From Octopus sinensis (taxonomy: Eukaryota): a stretch of DNA of 64,000 nucleotides. A model generated the notes under the pieces. That model did not search any database and was not told where the DNA came from. It saw only the letters and a program-made list of their open reading frames with translations. The translations under genes were made by a program, and so were the position numbers. Shown in pieces: positions 25,035 through 38,174 of the stretch; within the stretch, counting starts at the first letter, position 1; each line of letters starts with the position of its first letter. Where the stretch lies: the NCBI RefSeq assembly GCF_006345805.1, contig NC_043005.1:31372001-31436000 (forward strand). The letters are read 5' to 3'.

Positions 25035-25213
25035 TATGTTTTATGCCATTCATCTTTACTAAATACATAGTTGGATCTAAAATCGGGTTTGTTGTTATAT
25101 CTATGCATATTATTTTCTGGTGCCTTTGACTAACCCGTAACAGCACATACGTGTATGCGCAAATATGTGTGTTCGTGTGTGGATGTATGTGTATGTGTCG
25201 GTATATGCGTGTG

Positions 25214-25258
<45 letters not shown>

Positions 25259-25520
25259 GATATAGTGTATATTTATACACACAAGGAATCCACTTAACGT
25301 GAATTCAACACATTAGAAAGAACAGCTAGGTTCTGTAAACCACAAAAATAACGGATAAAATTCGACAGGTATTACTAGATGGTAAATGTGTTTCATTTCC
25401 AAATTTATTCCTGTCGAATTTTATCCGTTATTTTTGTGGTTTACAGAACCTAGCTGTTCTTTCTAATGTGTTGAATTCAGGTTAAGTGGATTCCTTATGT
25501 GTATAAATATACACTATATC
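25259..25520. repeat. 111-bp inverted repeat with 40-bp spacer
   Basis: 25259-25369 versus 25410-25520, 2 mismatches by eye. Confidence 0.95.
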
Positions 25521-25750
25521 TAGTTTATGTTAGGGTTAATCTTACATGTCACACAATTTTCATTAGTGCATGTGATATTTTCGAATAGATACATCCTATA
25601 TAACTGTAATCTGATGAATCTCCTTGGCTTTTCAACGATCTTAAAGTTGAGTTTGGTCACCTTCAGAGCTTTTCTTCTTGACTAATTTTTTGCACGTTAG
25701 ACCACTGGAAATGTAAATTTTGATTAAATTTTTAATTTTAACTAAATTCC
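25410..25750 (-). mobile_element. Penelope-like element fragment (linker before GIY-YIG plus terminal repeat)
   Basis: 25522-25675 nearly matches 27318-27471, which encodes CTNENCVTCKINPNINC. Confidence 0.65.
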
Positions 25751-25766
25751 ATTTCCTTTTGATATG

Positions 25767-25802
<36 letters not shown>

Positions 25803-25814
<12 letters not shown>

Positions 25815-26171
25815 GACGTATGGTTACATATATGTATTTGTGTATACGTACACATGCGTACTTCACGTATATACAAATTTTCATAACTTTATTCATACTT
25901 TATAAACGAACATTCCATTCTTGTATTTAATTAAATATAATAATTAGATAAATATAAATATTTATCTTATTCATATTTAAATTTTGTCTTATGCATGTAT
26001 GGACGTATGGATACATTTATGTATTTGTGTATATGTACACGTGCGTACTAAACGTATATACATATTTTCATAACTTTATTCATGCTGTATAAACGAACAT
26101 TCCATTCTTGTATCAATTAAATATAATAATTAGATAAATATAAATATTTACCTTATTCATATTTAAATTTT
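25803..26171 (+). repeat. Tandem duplication, period ~187 bp
   Basis: tatggacgtatgg...ttattcatatttaaatttt occurs twice. Confidence 0.9.
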
Positions 26172-27016
26172 CTCTATCATCTCTATTAAGTTTATTCATT
26201 TATTGTTCTAATTCTATTTACCTACTCTATCTTATCTTCAATCAACCTGTAAACTCCTCGCCCAAACAAATAACAATACAAATCATAAGCTCTAACATTC
26301 AAGTCTGCTGTAATGAATCCATACACACATCTCAAACATCCAAGTGTACATTTTTTCCCTCTAAAAATTTTATACTCAGGTCTTATAATTACAAATTTAA
26401 TATTTACTTAATATTTACTGATTATTAACTGAAACAACTGTAAATGAAGATTAATTTACTGTTAATAAACAATTAATTTCCCATTCTCCATTTTCTTTTT
26501 CTTCTTCTCCTTTTTCTCTCTCTTCTCCCTCTCCTTAATTCCTCTGTCCTTCTTTTCCGCTCTCTTCTCACACGTGACTGACTGACCGACTGCTGGTCTT
26601 TCGAGTCTAACAGTCGCCGCGGCAACACACTTTTTTCTCTCCCTGCCCTAAGGCAAATTCCTAACACGCCAGCTCAAGTTTACTCGTCCTGTCGAAAGAC
26701 GCCTGTTTGTGACGTCCTGTTTTTGTTATTATTATTATCATCATTGTTTTTACGTATTTTTGTATTCATATTCGAGTAACATTGTCCGTTTTTCCGTCTT
26801 TGTTTTGTATACATTCGAAGCTTTCTTCCAAGGAATCTAATGCGCTTAGATTTTCCTTGGGGCTGGCCAGATTGGGACAATCTCAAGATTAATCAACTGA
26901 AATTGCGAGGATGATCCGGTTCTTGACTGAAGATTGAAGGCTTCGAATGTCCCGTCCGTGTTTTTTGTATCGTCTTCTAAATGTTTTGCGTTCTTGTCCC
27001 AGTTTGTATTTTTTAC

Positions 27017-27049
<33 letters not shown>

Positions 27050-27085
27050 ATATATATTATATATATATATATATATAAATATATG

Positions 27086-27114
<29 letters not shown>

Positions 27115-27116
<2 letters not shown>

Positions 27117-27490
27117 TCGGGTGCTTGGATTAAATGCGTATGTCAAGTCAGCCCAAAGACCAACATGGATATGTTGGTCTTTGGCAGGACTCTACTCTTT
27201 TCATATTGTCTCGGTAATAATCTCTCAGCAATACTTCTAGACGTTTCTACAATATATGCCATGTTCTTGACTGTAGTCTACAGCACTTTATGCTGTAGCC
27301 TACATTTCTACTTCTACAGTTTATGTTAGGGTTAATCTTACATGTCACACAATTTTCATTAGTGCATGTGATATTTTCGAATAGGTACATCCTATATAAC
27401 TGTAATCTGATGAATCTCCTTGGCTTTTCAACAATCTTAAAGTTGAGTTTGGTCACCTTCAGAGCTTTTCTAAATCTACAGGCTAGTTCC
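27115..27490 (-). mobile_element. Penelope-like GIY-YIG endonuclease fragment
   Basis: CVTCKINPNINCRSRNVGYSIKC followed, after a frameshift, by AYIVETSRSIAERL (YIGET.RS..ER motif). Confidence 0.75.
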
Positions 27491-27511
27491 CCAGGGGGTG
27501 TGGCCTCTCTC

Positions 27512-27547
<36 letters not shown>

Positions 27548-27707
27548 CACGTGTATAAGTGCGTGTGTGCGTGCACTTTTAAGTGCAAGTGATCAAGCTA
27601 AGTTCACTGCTCAGTCATGCGTTGAAAGTAGGTATTTGACCTAGAGGTAATTTCTTTCTAGCAATCTCTGGGAATAAATTCATTCTCTCTCTCAAACACA
27701 TATACAC

Positions 27708-27902
27708 AATAAAATGGTGTAAAACAATGTAATCTGCTCTTCAGGGAAGTGAAGAAATGAAACTCGTCAATAACGTTTTTTGAAACAATCTTAATAGCGA
27801 TCACTATACATATCCATCATTTTCTGTTAAAATGTCTTATTGATGAGTTTTATTTCTTCATTTCCCTTAAGAGAAGATTACATTGTTTTACACCATTTTA
27901 TT
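27708..27902. repeat. 66-bp inverted repeat (MITE-like fold-back)
   Basis: 27708-27773 versus 27837-27902, ~5 mismatches. Confidence 0.85.
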
Positions 27903-28169
27903 CCTTTGGACAAATACCAATCATATCTTCGAAATATGTGTCGGAAGTAAAAAAAATTTGAATAACACCTGCGTTTAACTCCATTTATTTATTTATATAT
28001 ATTATACAAAATATCTGACTTAAACCCGAAGTTTCTACCTTTAAAAATAAAGAGTTACAACCGTTTTACTTGTTTGATTTTTTGCTACCCTGCTAAATAT
28101 TTATATATTTTTTCCGTGTTAATTGTTAACAAGGGAAAACAAGCTGACTCATCCACATGAGGTGACACA

Positions 28170-29110
28170 CGAGCCAAGAAAAGAACAGTGATGTACAGAA
28201 CTCTATCTACAACCACAAATAAAATAGAGATAGCTAAAGAAGAACCTATTGAAGAATGTCTGAAGCAAATTAAGAAACTGACACCATTCTATACACGAGG
28301 CAGAAAATACGGCACAGTGGAGGTGAGATTTGCCAACGAATAGGAGGCAATAAATCACGCCACTGTGACTCTGATGACATGAAAAATGGGTACTCTTACC
28401 TACCTACTGTGGCAATAGGGTCACCAGAGTGAGAATAGGCAGAGTACCACCAGAAGTCAAAGAAACGTGGCTGGTGTCAGCTGTAATGCACAAAACTGAG
28501 GAAGACGCAAAGATTCTAAAGTTAACAAGGACTAAGTAAGTAAAGGGATACGGACTAGAAGTGGTCATCCAGGTCGGACAACAAGATCTAAGTGAAATTG
28601 CTGAAGAAATAATTCTGCCGGAGGATATAAGGTTGAGAGTGGTGGTAGAAGGAAGGCCACCAACTTGCTATCAATGCAGCGAAAAAGGACATATTAGGAT
28701 AGTGTCTTCAGAGAGAAAGTAAAAACCAGGAAAGCCAACAGGAGCAGAATGCCGAAGTGGCGAACCTAGAAAATGAAAAATGCACGAAAGTGGAAGAACC
28801 ACTTGCGGAAGTAACCAAAAGAAAAAGAAAAGAACTAGTGAACTCATCTCCGAAGAGTCCAAGAATGAAAAAGAAGGGTGAAATGGAATGTACAAATTTT
28901 TCACTACATGAACCTCCAACAGCACCAACAACGAAGGAAAAAGGAAAGGAAACTATCACAGACAACCAGGTTCCGCTGCAGGAACGAACAGTCAAAAGAC
29001 CTGGAAAAACAAATGGCATATGGTAACATATACAAAAGCACAGATATAGAAAGGAAAATCACCAAATTTAAATCAGAGATAAGAGTTAAATTTTTCTTAC
29101 CTTTCTGCTG
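28170..29110 (+). mobile_element. Tx1-like LINE ORF1 fragment with zinc knuckle
   Basis: TRGRKYGTVEVRFANE, RVRIGRVPPEV and VVVEGRPPTCYQCSEKGH (CCHC-like). Confidence 0.7.
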
Positions 29111-31222
29111 AATTCACAAACTCGATAATAATTCCTGACTGGTGAGGATAAAATGACTTGTTAATTTTCATCTCTTTTCATATATATATATACGTGTGTA
29201 TGTGTGCATTACCAGTACCATAAATCAGTTTTCTGTCTGTTTCTCTCTCTCTCTTTTTCTCTATCTCACCCACTCTCTCTCTCTCTCTGCCTTTTTCTCT
29301 TCCTTCAATGACGCTACCACTTACCTCCGCTCCATTTCAACCCATTCCATACTATTCAATTCTTTCATCCCTCACCCCAACGCCATTTAACATATTTTTC
29401 TTGTGTACCAAGATATTTGTCGCCAGAGATAAAAGAGTCACTACATTTAGACACGTAAGTCTGTCTCCAGTTTATTTCCATATGGAATTAAAATGGCATT
29501 GCTTTCACTACTGACCAACTGACTAGTTCTATAGTACAAACACGCACGCACGCTCGCACACACGGGCACACACACACACACACACACATTCTCCCTCCCC
29601 CCCACACAAGCATACGCTTTTGTAATTACCTACATGTTTTCACATACCGCTAAATCGAAGGAAGTAATCTATTCCCTCTTTAGTGACATCAGATCTTTGA
29701 AGATGATGAAAACAACCAATTGCCTCTGAAGTGTCAAAAATCTGATAAAATTGTCCACAGAAGGAATGTAAAGAATTTGTTTTTAATAACCCATTCTCGA
29801 ATTGACTCTATTGGTATTGTAAACATTGTGTAGAAAAGATATAAATTCGACATAAACCTAGACATGCCTCGCCAAATATTACCATACTCCACCAAAATAT
29901 TACCACGCCCCTTAGGTAGGGCATGTGCCCGGAAACGTATTTTTATATATTTTTTGCGTCCATATAAATACATAGAATAAATTTGTTTGCTACTGTTAAT
30001 TTTCATATCCTCCAGTCATCCGACTTGTAACGAAAATTATACCGTTATATTTTGAAAATCAGACGACCAATAAAATTTAAGTACCTATTCGTTTAATTGA
30101 ATTATATTACATTACATTATATTACATATATAATATTGATTTTAATTCAGTATTCATCACAGCTGTCCGACGAGGTGGAACGTGAAACTGAATAACAATT
30201 TTGTGAGAATTTTGCAGCTTTAATAAAAGTATGTATGTATATATGTGTGTGTGTATGTGTGTGTGCGCATACAGAGAGAAGGAGAGAGAGAAAGAGAGAG
30301 AAGGGGGGAAGAAAATTTTGAGGCATTTTTCAACCTTTTTGAATATTTTCCCTATAGATTATAGATTATTTGCAAACAACTTACCGGTGCAAGTGTTACC
30401 AGTTGAAAGCTCTGCATATTGGACTCTAGCAGGCTTAAAGAGCCATCATGAGAGAATGCATGCCCTTTCGGGACCTTTCTGCCAATAGTATTATTGCGCA
30501 CTGGCCTTCTCACTAAGATAAGGTGCCGCTTGCTTGATCAGCTGATTACTAGACTTCAATCAATATTCATCTAGCCATTATTTATCGTCTCTTTGCCTTG
30601 CCTTCTCTACTGTAGCGTTGAGAACATTCATGATGATAATTGCTTTACAATGATTTAGGCCTAGCCACAACAAATATTCCTCCACTTTGTTTCTAATAAA
30701 TCCTCTATTTTGGTAAAAAAAATCAAAATTTTTTAAGTTGATAAGCTGCTGTCAAGTTAAGAATTCGACGTTTTCCCTTATTGTCCTGGTTTCTGGTGTA
30801 CCGTTACTACCTGACAGTATATAATTGAAAGAGATAGGAACTGAAAGTTGTTCAGTAGAGCTCTCATGGAGAGAGTATTGATTGGCGGGGAAATAGTCTT
30901 ACAGGAATTACTGTTAGGATGAAGTATATAGAGAGCAGAAACACTAAAACAAGAACAAACAATGAATAAAGTCCGGAGAGAACAGTAGTGTGGAAAGTAA
31001 ATATAATTGCATGGTGTTAGATTCATATGAAAAATATTCTCATTTTCACAAATATTTCATGTTATTGATTTTCGCTTCGGTTCAGAAATGTATATATATC
31101 ATATATATCATTCACATACAAAGATATGCATTTGATTAATCGTGATCATATTTTACCTTGTTTTCTTTTTAGATAGATGGATAGATAGATAAAGAGAGAG
31201 AGAGACAGACAGATAGATAAAC

Positions 31223-31257
<35 letters not shown>

Positions 31258-31282
31258 AAGAGAGAATGGAAGGAAGAAAGAA

Positions 31283-31317
<35 letters not shown>

Positions 31318-32414
31318 AAATGTTACTATTTCTGTAAAAACGTTTCCTCAGTTTTAAGTCTCCGTTTCTTTATTTCAATGTATCTTGATTTCTTTTATTA
31401 TACAGTCAGCTAACCTGAATATTGGCAGCAATATTGCTATTCCGCATGCATTTCACGATATTGTTTGATGCAAGAGAAAACCGCTGAGCCTGTTTATTAT
31501 TTTATTCTTGCTTTCGCTTTGTTCATTTTGTTACATCAGATATGTTATCCTCATTACCGAAGTATTTGTATCTTTATTGACCAGTATATAAAATATGAAC
31601 ATTTATGAAAAAAATTACTTTCCTTGTCACGTGAAATAGATTGTAATCATATAAAGGTGTTTCTTGGCTTCATTAATATTATTCACGTTATATTTCCCTG
31701 CATGAATAAAGAAATTGTTGCTTTGATTGACTTACTTTAGTGTTCTAAAGCTAAGCATATGAAAATTCGATTTTTATGATAGCAGTGAGAGTATTAGATG
31801 CCTTACCAGATAGGATCAAAGGAAAGCTAACTTATTGAATAGTTTATAAAAGTAGATTATGTTCGCTGTAGGGTATGTCACTGTACTTTTTGTGTTCAGT
31901 TGGCAAGATGATAATGTTTATCTCAATATATCAGCGTTTCGATTGCGGATATCGTGATTGAGGAAACGTTTTAAATGTACTCAACCAATCTGACAATTAT
32001 GAAGTTTCTCCTGCGTTGCATATGGCACAAAGTACAGCTAATTTGCAAAAAGCTACTTTGTACAACAAAATGCTTCCCTTTGCTATCAATAATGATCCTG
32101 GATAAATTGCTTCCGTACTTGGGATGCATAAATATGATCTCGGATACATAATAGGGTCCTCAGTTTATTTTGTTTTTACTAAAAAGAGAGGGAGAAGAAG
32201 CATACTTCATTATCCTCATTCAAACACGCTTTCTAATCTGTCGCTGGATGAGAAAGAGCAGTTACAGCCGAACTCAAACGTGTTGAATGGTCGTTGTTTT
32301 TAAAATAAGATAAAATAAAAACAAACGGACTTTTCTCCTTGGTACGAAAATGATGTTAGGCGAGCGAGATAGATGAAGTCTATTTTATTAGTTATTGTGA
32401 TCAATACAAAACAA

Positions 32415-33660
32415 GTGTTTTCCTCTGCTGAACACAATACAATGAGATTTTGGCCAAAGTGTAGCCAAGAGGTTGGTGATTGTCGTCGATAAGCTGGTAG
32501 GTGACGCGCCTACATGCGCTATCCCGAACAGATCTAACCACGACAACCTCCACCTCACAAGCTACATCATAGTGAGGGTAGGGAAGGAACCTGGTATGTA
32601 TGGGGCCCTGATCAATTTCGATCAATCAAAAGCTTTTGATAGGGTTGACCACCAAACGTTGGAGACTGTTCTCGCAGTGGCCGGTTTCGGTCCGGCTTTT
32701 AGAGACTGGATCATTGCCATGTACAGAGACATCTGCGTCAGAATCGTTTAGCACTGCCCCTTCGGTCCTTCAAGGAAGCCCACCCCCGCCCCTTCTGTAC
32801 GCACTGGCTCTCGAGCCATTTCTACGGAGGCTTGATGAGGGGATGAATTAGGCTGCGGAAAGTTCGTGTCGGCTTATGCAGACGGTGTCACGGTAAGTGT
32901 CAAACATCTCGGAAATCGAGGTGATGGGCACTACTGTAAGTGTGCACGAAGCGGTGAAAGGAACAAATATTAATCAGGAGAAGTCGATGGGCCTGCAGCT
33001 CGGCACCTAGAGAGGCAAGTCCATGTCGTACGATAGTGTTGTAGGGCGCTAGAGGGAAGGACTGGTTCAGTTGCTCTGGGCCTGGTTTGGTCCGGGCCTC
33101 CAGGTTTACAAGAACTGGGGGGTAACAGAATTGGACTGAGAGGAACCTGTCCATGAAGGGTCAGGTGAAGGTGGCGAATGAGTACATCGCCTCCGTCATC
33201 TGCTACCACCTGACCGTTTTCCTTTGCTTTGCCTCGTGGATGATCAAGTTGGGGCGCTCGCTCATCCACTTTCTGCAAAAGGTCTGTGTTCTGCTCGTCA
33301 GAGGATCTATCAGCAGCTGCTGAGTAGAGAACTGGGCATACTGTGGCTAATGATGTGCATACATGAGCTGAGGTGCGACATCTCCAGTGTTTCGCTTACG
33401 GTGATCAGCTATGGTCACCGTTTGTTAGACAGGATGTTCCGCAGTTCGTCTCACTGACTAAGCTACAACCCTGGATCAGATGTAGACCAAGAAGGGTCGC
33501 TTGGTACTTGAAGTGTCGGCAAGCGCTCATAGTTTTCTGCCAGTCGGGCAATGCGGCCGGTGGGAGTTCTACCTTGGAGTACTATAAGGGATTAGTGGTG
33601 GGCAAGAGCGAAGATGCCCTCGAGGAAATTCTGGGTGTCGGAAGGGATAAATGAGCTGGT
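32415..33660 (+). mobile_element. Tx1/L1-clade RT fragment, deleted and degenerate
   Basis: LINFDQSKAFDRVDH, QGS...LLYALALEPFL, SAYADGV. Related to the 14414-17718 ORF2. Confidence 0.85.
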
Positions 33661-33675
33661 CTTTTCCGGAGGACT

Positions 33676-34000
33676 TATCTGGCAGAATCGTTAGCACACC
33701 GGACAAAATGCTGAGTGGCATCTCGTCCGTTTGCGCGTTCTGAGTTAAATTTTCGCCAAGGTCGACTTTTCCTTTCATCCTTTCGGGATCAATAAAATAA
33801 GTAACAGTTGAGTACTAGGATCGATGTAATCGACTATCCTCCTTCCCCCAAATTTCAAGCCTTGTGACTATGGTAGAACGGATTATTATTGGGGTGGCGA
33901 GCTGGCAGTACTGTTAGAACGCCTGGCAAAATACTTTGCGATATGTCGTAGTTTATATTCCCGAGGTGAATTTTGCCTTTCATTGCTGGCTCGATAAAGT
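33676..34000 (+). mobile_element. Two tandem SINE family B copies
   Basis: ctggcagaatcgttagcac (A-box-like), ctgagttaaatt (B-box-like) and an (ATT)n tail; the second head starts at ~33893. Confidence 0.75.
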
Positions 34001-34244
34001 AGTGTATCAGTCACTTATTGAGGTCAGAATAATCATCCAAATTTTAGCTCATGTGTGCAAAACAATTGCGGGCTGAATGTGCACAATTGTCAGAAAACGA
34101 AATGCATCACTGTGTCTAGTTACAGTTCTTTACAAATGCAGTCGAAGTCAACTTCTCTTTTCATCCTTTGGATTCTATAAAATATATGTCATATAATGGC
34201 TTACGTCAATCCAAAACGCGTCACCAATTTGAAGCTCAACTTAT

Positions 34245-34917
34245 ATTATTGCCTTGCGTTCGTAAGCGAAAGCCGTGTATTGTAACCACTCGCTTTGTCT
34301 GTTTGTCTGTGTGTTTTCCAAAATTACTGGCAAACGGTTGAACGGATTTTCACCATAGATCATGGAGTACCTATGCGCGTAGACGCGTGCGGGTACATTT
34401 ATACATAAATACATATATAGATATGCAGATATGCGACGGTGTGTGTGTTTCGTTTAATTACGAGTTGATTTCTTAATTTCACAGGAATATAAATACCTGT
34501 AGTGGTGATACTTAAAATAAATAAATAAATAAAAATCTAACTAACAAATTTCCCGATAAGCAAGTGGTCATATTATTTATATCTTACAACGAACTACATA
34601 CAGTACATTTGATACACCTACCATTATTAAAAGACGTTGAAAACACTTAAATTCTATGCAATATTTTCTATAATTATTTCGTTTTGTTCACTTCTTTTTT
34701 TATATGAATCGACTCTCGTCTGCGTGTGTATAGATCATGGGGTACCTATGCGTGTAGACACGTATGGGTACATACATACATACATACATACATACATACA
34801 TAGATACATACATACATACATACATATATATGCGACTCTACATACATACATACATATATATGCGACTCTAGTTTGCGAAAAACATTATCCCCGCGCATCA
34901 CCCCCTGATGCCTTTTT
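34245..34917 (+). mobile_element. DINE-1/HINE-like (Helentron-associated) element candidate
   Basis: TT-rich start with a TTCG-TAAG-CGAA palindrome, a (TGTC)-like tract, an internal direct repeat (34356 and 34730), and a 3' GCATCA-CCCCC-TGATGC hairpin followed by TTTTT. Confidence 0.45.
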
Positions 34918-35464
34918 AAAATTTTGTGTTTAAATGAGTTATTGGTTAGTCTCTAACTTCGATTATCCAATGATTAAAAAAAAAATTTACATGAGTTATT
35001 TCTTTTTTCACATGTATAATACCTGTTTACAAAACTGGGGTGTTACATTCAATTAATATTTTCTTCTTTAAAAACAAAAATGGAAGGAATTCTATTGAAT
35101 ATTATTTTCTTTTCGTTTGACGTAAGTATTACTGGCTTTTAACACCTGCGTCAGCTAATATTGTGCAGAACTAGTCTACAACGTAAGTAAATTTCATTAA
35201 GTTACTTTTTAATAAAAATAAACAAAGCAAAATTATCTGAACATATGTCAACATTTTAAGCCATCACGTTGGTTCGACTTGATTCAAATTGACGTCAGTA
35301 AAATGAGTTCGCCACCCCTTGGGGAAAGAAAACAAAACAAGCAAGTAACACAAAACAGAAAGAAATGAAGCGACGTCCTTCACACTAGATGTAAATTTCG
35401 CAGACCCGGAAGACAGTGATTTAAAACAGGACGACAACAACACTGACACACGCACATGCACGCG

Positions 35465-35496
<32 letters not shown>

Positions 35497-35506
35497 AGCA
35501 CACACA

Positions 35507-35544
<38 letters not shown>

Positions 35545-36279
35545 ACACTTTTTCTCTCTCTCTCACTTTCTCTCCTTTCTCACACACATACATACAAAGT
35601 TAGCCGAGTGCGAAATAGAAGCATTTCTTCAAATTCTACCAGTTTTGCATGAGTTATGTGTGACTATGGAATGGAAAAGGTAGTTCAAACGTAGAATAGT
35701 GCCAAAAATGTTGACATCTTTCATTCAGAACCCAAAACGAAAAATACATCATTTTTGTCTCATCGTAGGAAGGGGTAACTTCGTACTCTGAGAAAATATT
35801 GAAACAGAAGGGCAAATCCTAAGGAGTATGTTTGGTTGACTTCCGCAACGGAGCCAAAAAATTTGTAACTTAGTAGGTGAAGTAACGCATTGCATGAGTA
35901 ACAACCTGAGATATAGTAAGTGACGTTGACTTCTGGGTCAATAAACCATTATGAACAGTGTACAGGTTGAAAGAAATGATATGTGTTGGTAAGAAGTAGC
36001 TTAGACTTGCAAGTTCTTCTCAAGGGAGTCGGAAAATCGCTAGAACATGGATCAGTGTTCAGATATTGCTGTTGCAGTTGCACCACTAGTAATTTCACCC
36101 GTTGCAGATAAGAGGTCGGGCGAAAGTTCACCTCACTCTTGGTCTCAAACATAATATTATTATTAGCAGCAGCAAAAAAGAAGAGTGCCATTGTTATCAA
36201 GTGAACGATATTTCGACATTTTTATTGTTGTTGTTGTTGTTCTTCTTCTTAATACTCTGATTGTTATTATTATTATTTT

Positions 36280-37960
36280 GTCTTTGCACAGCTTCTAAAA
36301 CTGGAGGAGGGCTACGGTGTTCAGCTGTTCACTACAGGGAACTAAGGTAACACCTCTTATTTTTCGAGCACCATCCGGAGTATTCGAGCGGTTCCAAGCA
36401 GTACTGTTTTCTGCAAGTGCTCCACCCTTATTGCAGCTCCTATCTGTTGCGTACTTCTCAAGATTTTTATCCACTGTTTACAGAGCTCCGACAATTATTG
36501 GTACTACTACAACGTTTTCCAGCGACCACAACAGCTTAACCTGCCAAGCTAACCTGTCATATCTATCGACTTTCCTTTCTTATCGCATACCTTGTTGTCA
36601 GCTGGGCATGCTATATCTATGATCCAGCATCGTTTGCTTTCTTTCTCAATTAAGACTATGTCTAGTTTCGTATTCTCTATCTCACAGTCGCACTGAATCA
36701 TAAAATCCCATAGGATCTTTGCATTATCCTTTTCGATGATCCTTAGGGTTTATGTTCGTACCACTTTTTTGCTCTCTCAAGTCCATACTTGTTACAAAGT
36801 GTCCAATGGGCAATCATTGCTATATTGTCATGACGTCTCATATTCTTTCTGGGCTAATGGCGTACATTGACTGGTAATATGCCATACGGTTTCACTATTT
36901 CGTCCACAAATTCTGCACTTATCGCTTTCTGATGTGTTTGTCTATTCTGTATTTGATATAATTGGTTCTTATTGCTTGCTCTTGGACAGCACAAATTAGA
37001 GCATTCGTTTCTGGTTTTAAATCACTTTTAGTCATCTATAGCTGTCTTTTTTTTGTATCCGTCTTATCTTCAGCATCCCTATGAAATTGTCCATGCTTTC
37101 TTTTCTTTATTCACCCATGTTCATTTTCATTCATTTTCAAGTCCTTGTACAGCGCTTTATCTTTTCAGTCCCAACTCCATTCTCATATCAGCATTGAAAG
37201 TATACATCGTATCAAAGAGGGACTGACTTGCGATTCATCTTTACTGTTTGTTTCAGTTCTTGCAACCATTCAGAATCCTTCTTGTGCTCCTTGTCTTTGC
37301 TCTAGATGTCACTCCAAAACCTTTGACCTATCTAAGATTGTAAATAATGTCCCTATCGTTCTCCAGTAGCGTTCCCTTTATTCTGTCGTCGATTGCAGTT
37401 GCCTATCGGTCATATCACCACTAGTTTTATTGTCTTCTTCCAGACCATCTATATGTCTCTCATCTATATGTCTCTCACTATTCCATTCCTGTGGTTTATT
37501 AGAGATCTCTCCTCTGTTTTCTGCATTAGATTACTTTTATCAGTATTTTCATCGTTTCCTCTGCTGCTGTTTTCCAGTACCCGTCTTTTGATAGCTTTGA
37601 GCTCTATTTCTGTGAACCAATAATTTTTTCTTATTCCTCTAGCTTGATCGCATAATCTCTGTTCCATGAGTTGAAACAATCCGCTTTCTCTCCATTGATC
37701 ATACATACGTTGTCGGTGTCCCCTAATATGAGCTTTTCGTGCAATACTGTCACCCTCAAGTGCTTTAGTTTCTTGTTTATTTTTTCAATGTCACTCATAT
37801 GAAGTAGCGATTATCAGGTTGCGCAATTACCAGTGTTTTTATTGTGATACCATCACCAGATGTATCATTAATCAGGACATAAAGAGATTCCAACCGATTC
37901 CTTTCATTATTATTATTTATTATCAACACTGATATTATTATTTTCATTTATTTACTATTT
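36280..37960 (-). mobile_element. R4/Dong-like RLE non-LTR element, internally deleted
   Basis: N-terminal EQRLCDQARGIRKN..TEIE. C-terminal LKPETNALICAVQEQAIRTN..CRICG..ETVWHITSQC..RHDN. Confidence 0.85.
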
Positions 37961-38058
37961 GTTATTGTTAATATTTACCCAGGTCCGATATGAGTTTTGG
38001 CTAATTGCCATTAACATTTTCGTGTTAGTACTAGGCTCACAATTTGGCAGGGCGCCGC

Positions 38059-38170
<112 letters not shown>

Positions 38171-38174
38171 TCAG

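Noticed and set aside
26480-26990. Possible LINE 5'/ORF fragment
   Set aside because: No diagnostic motif found in any frame.
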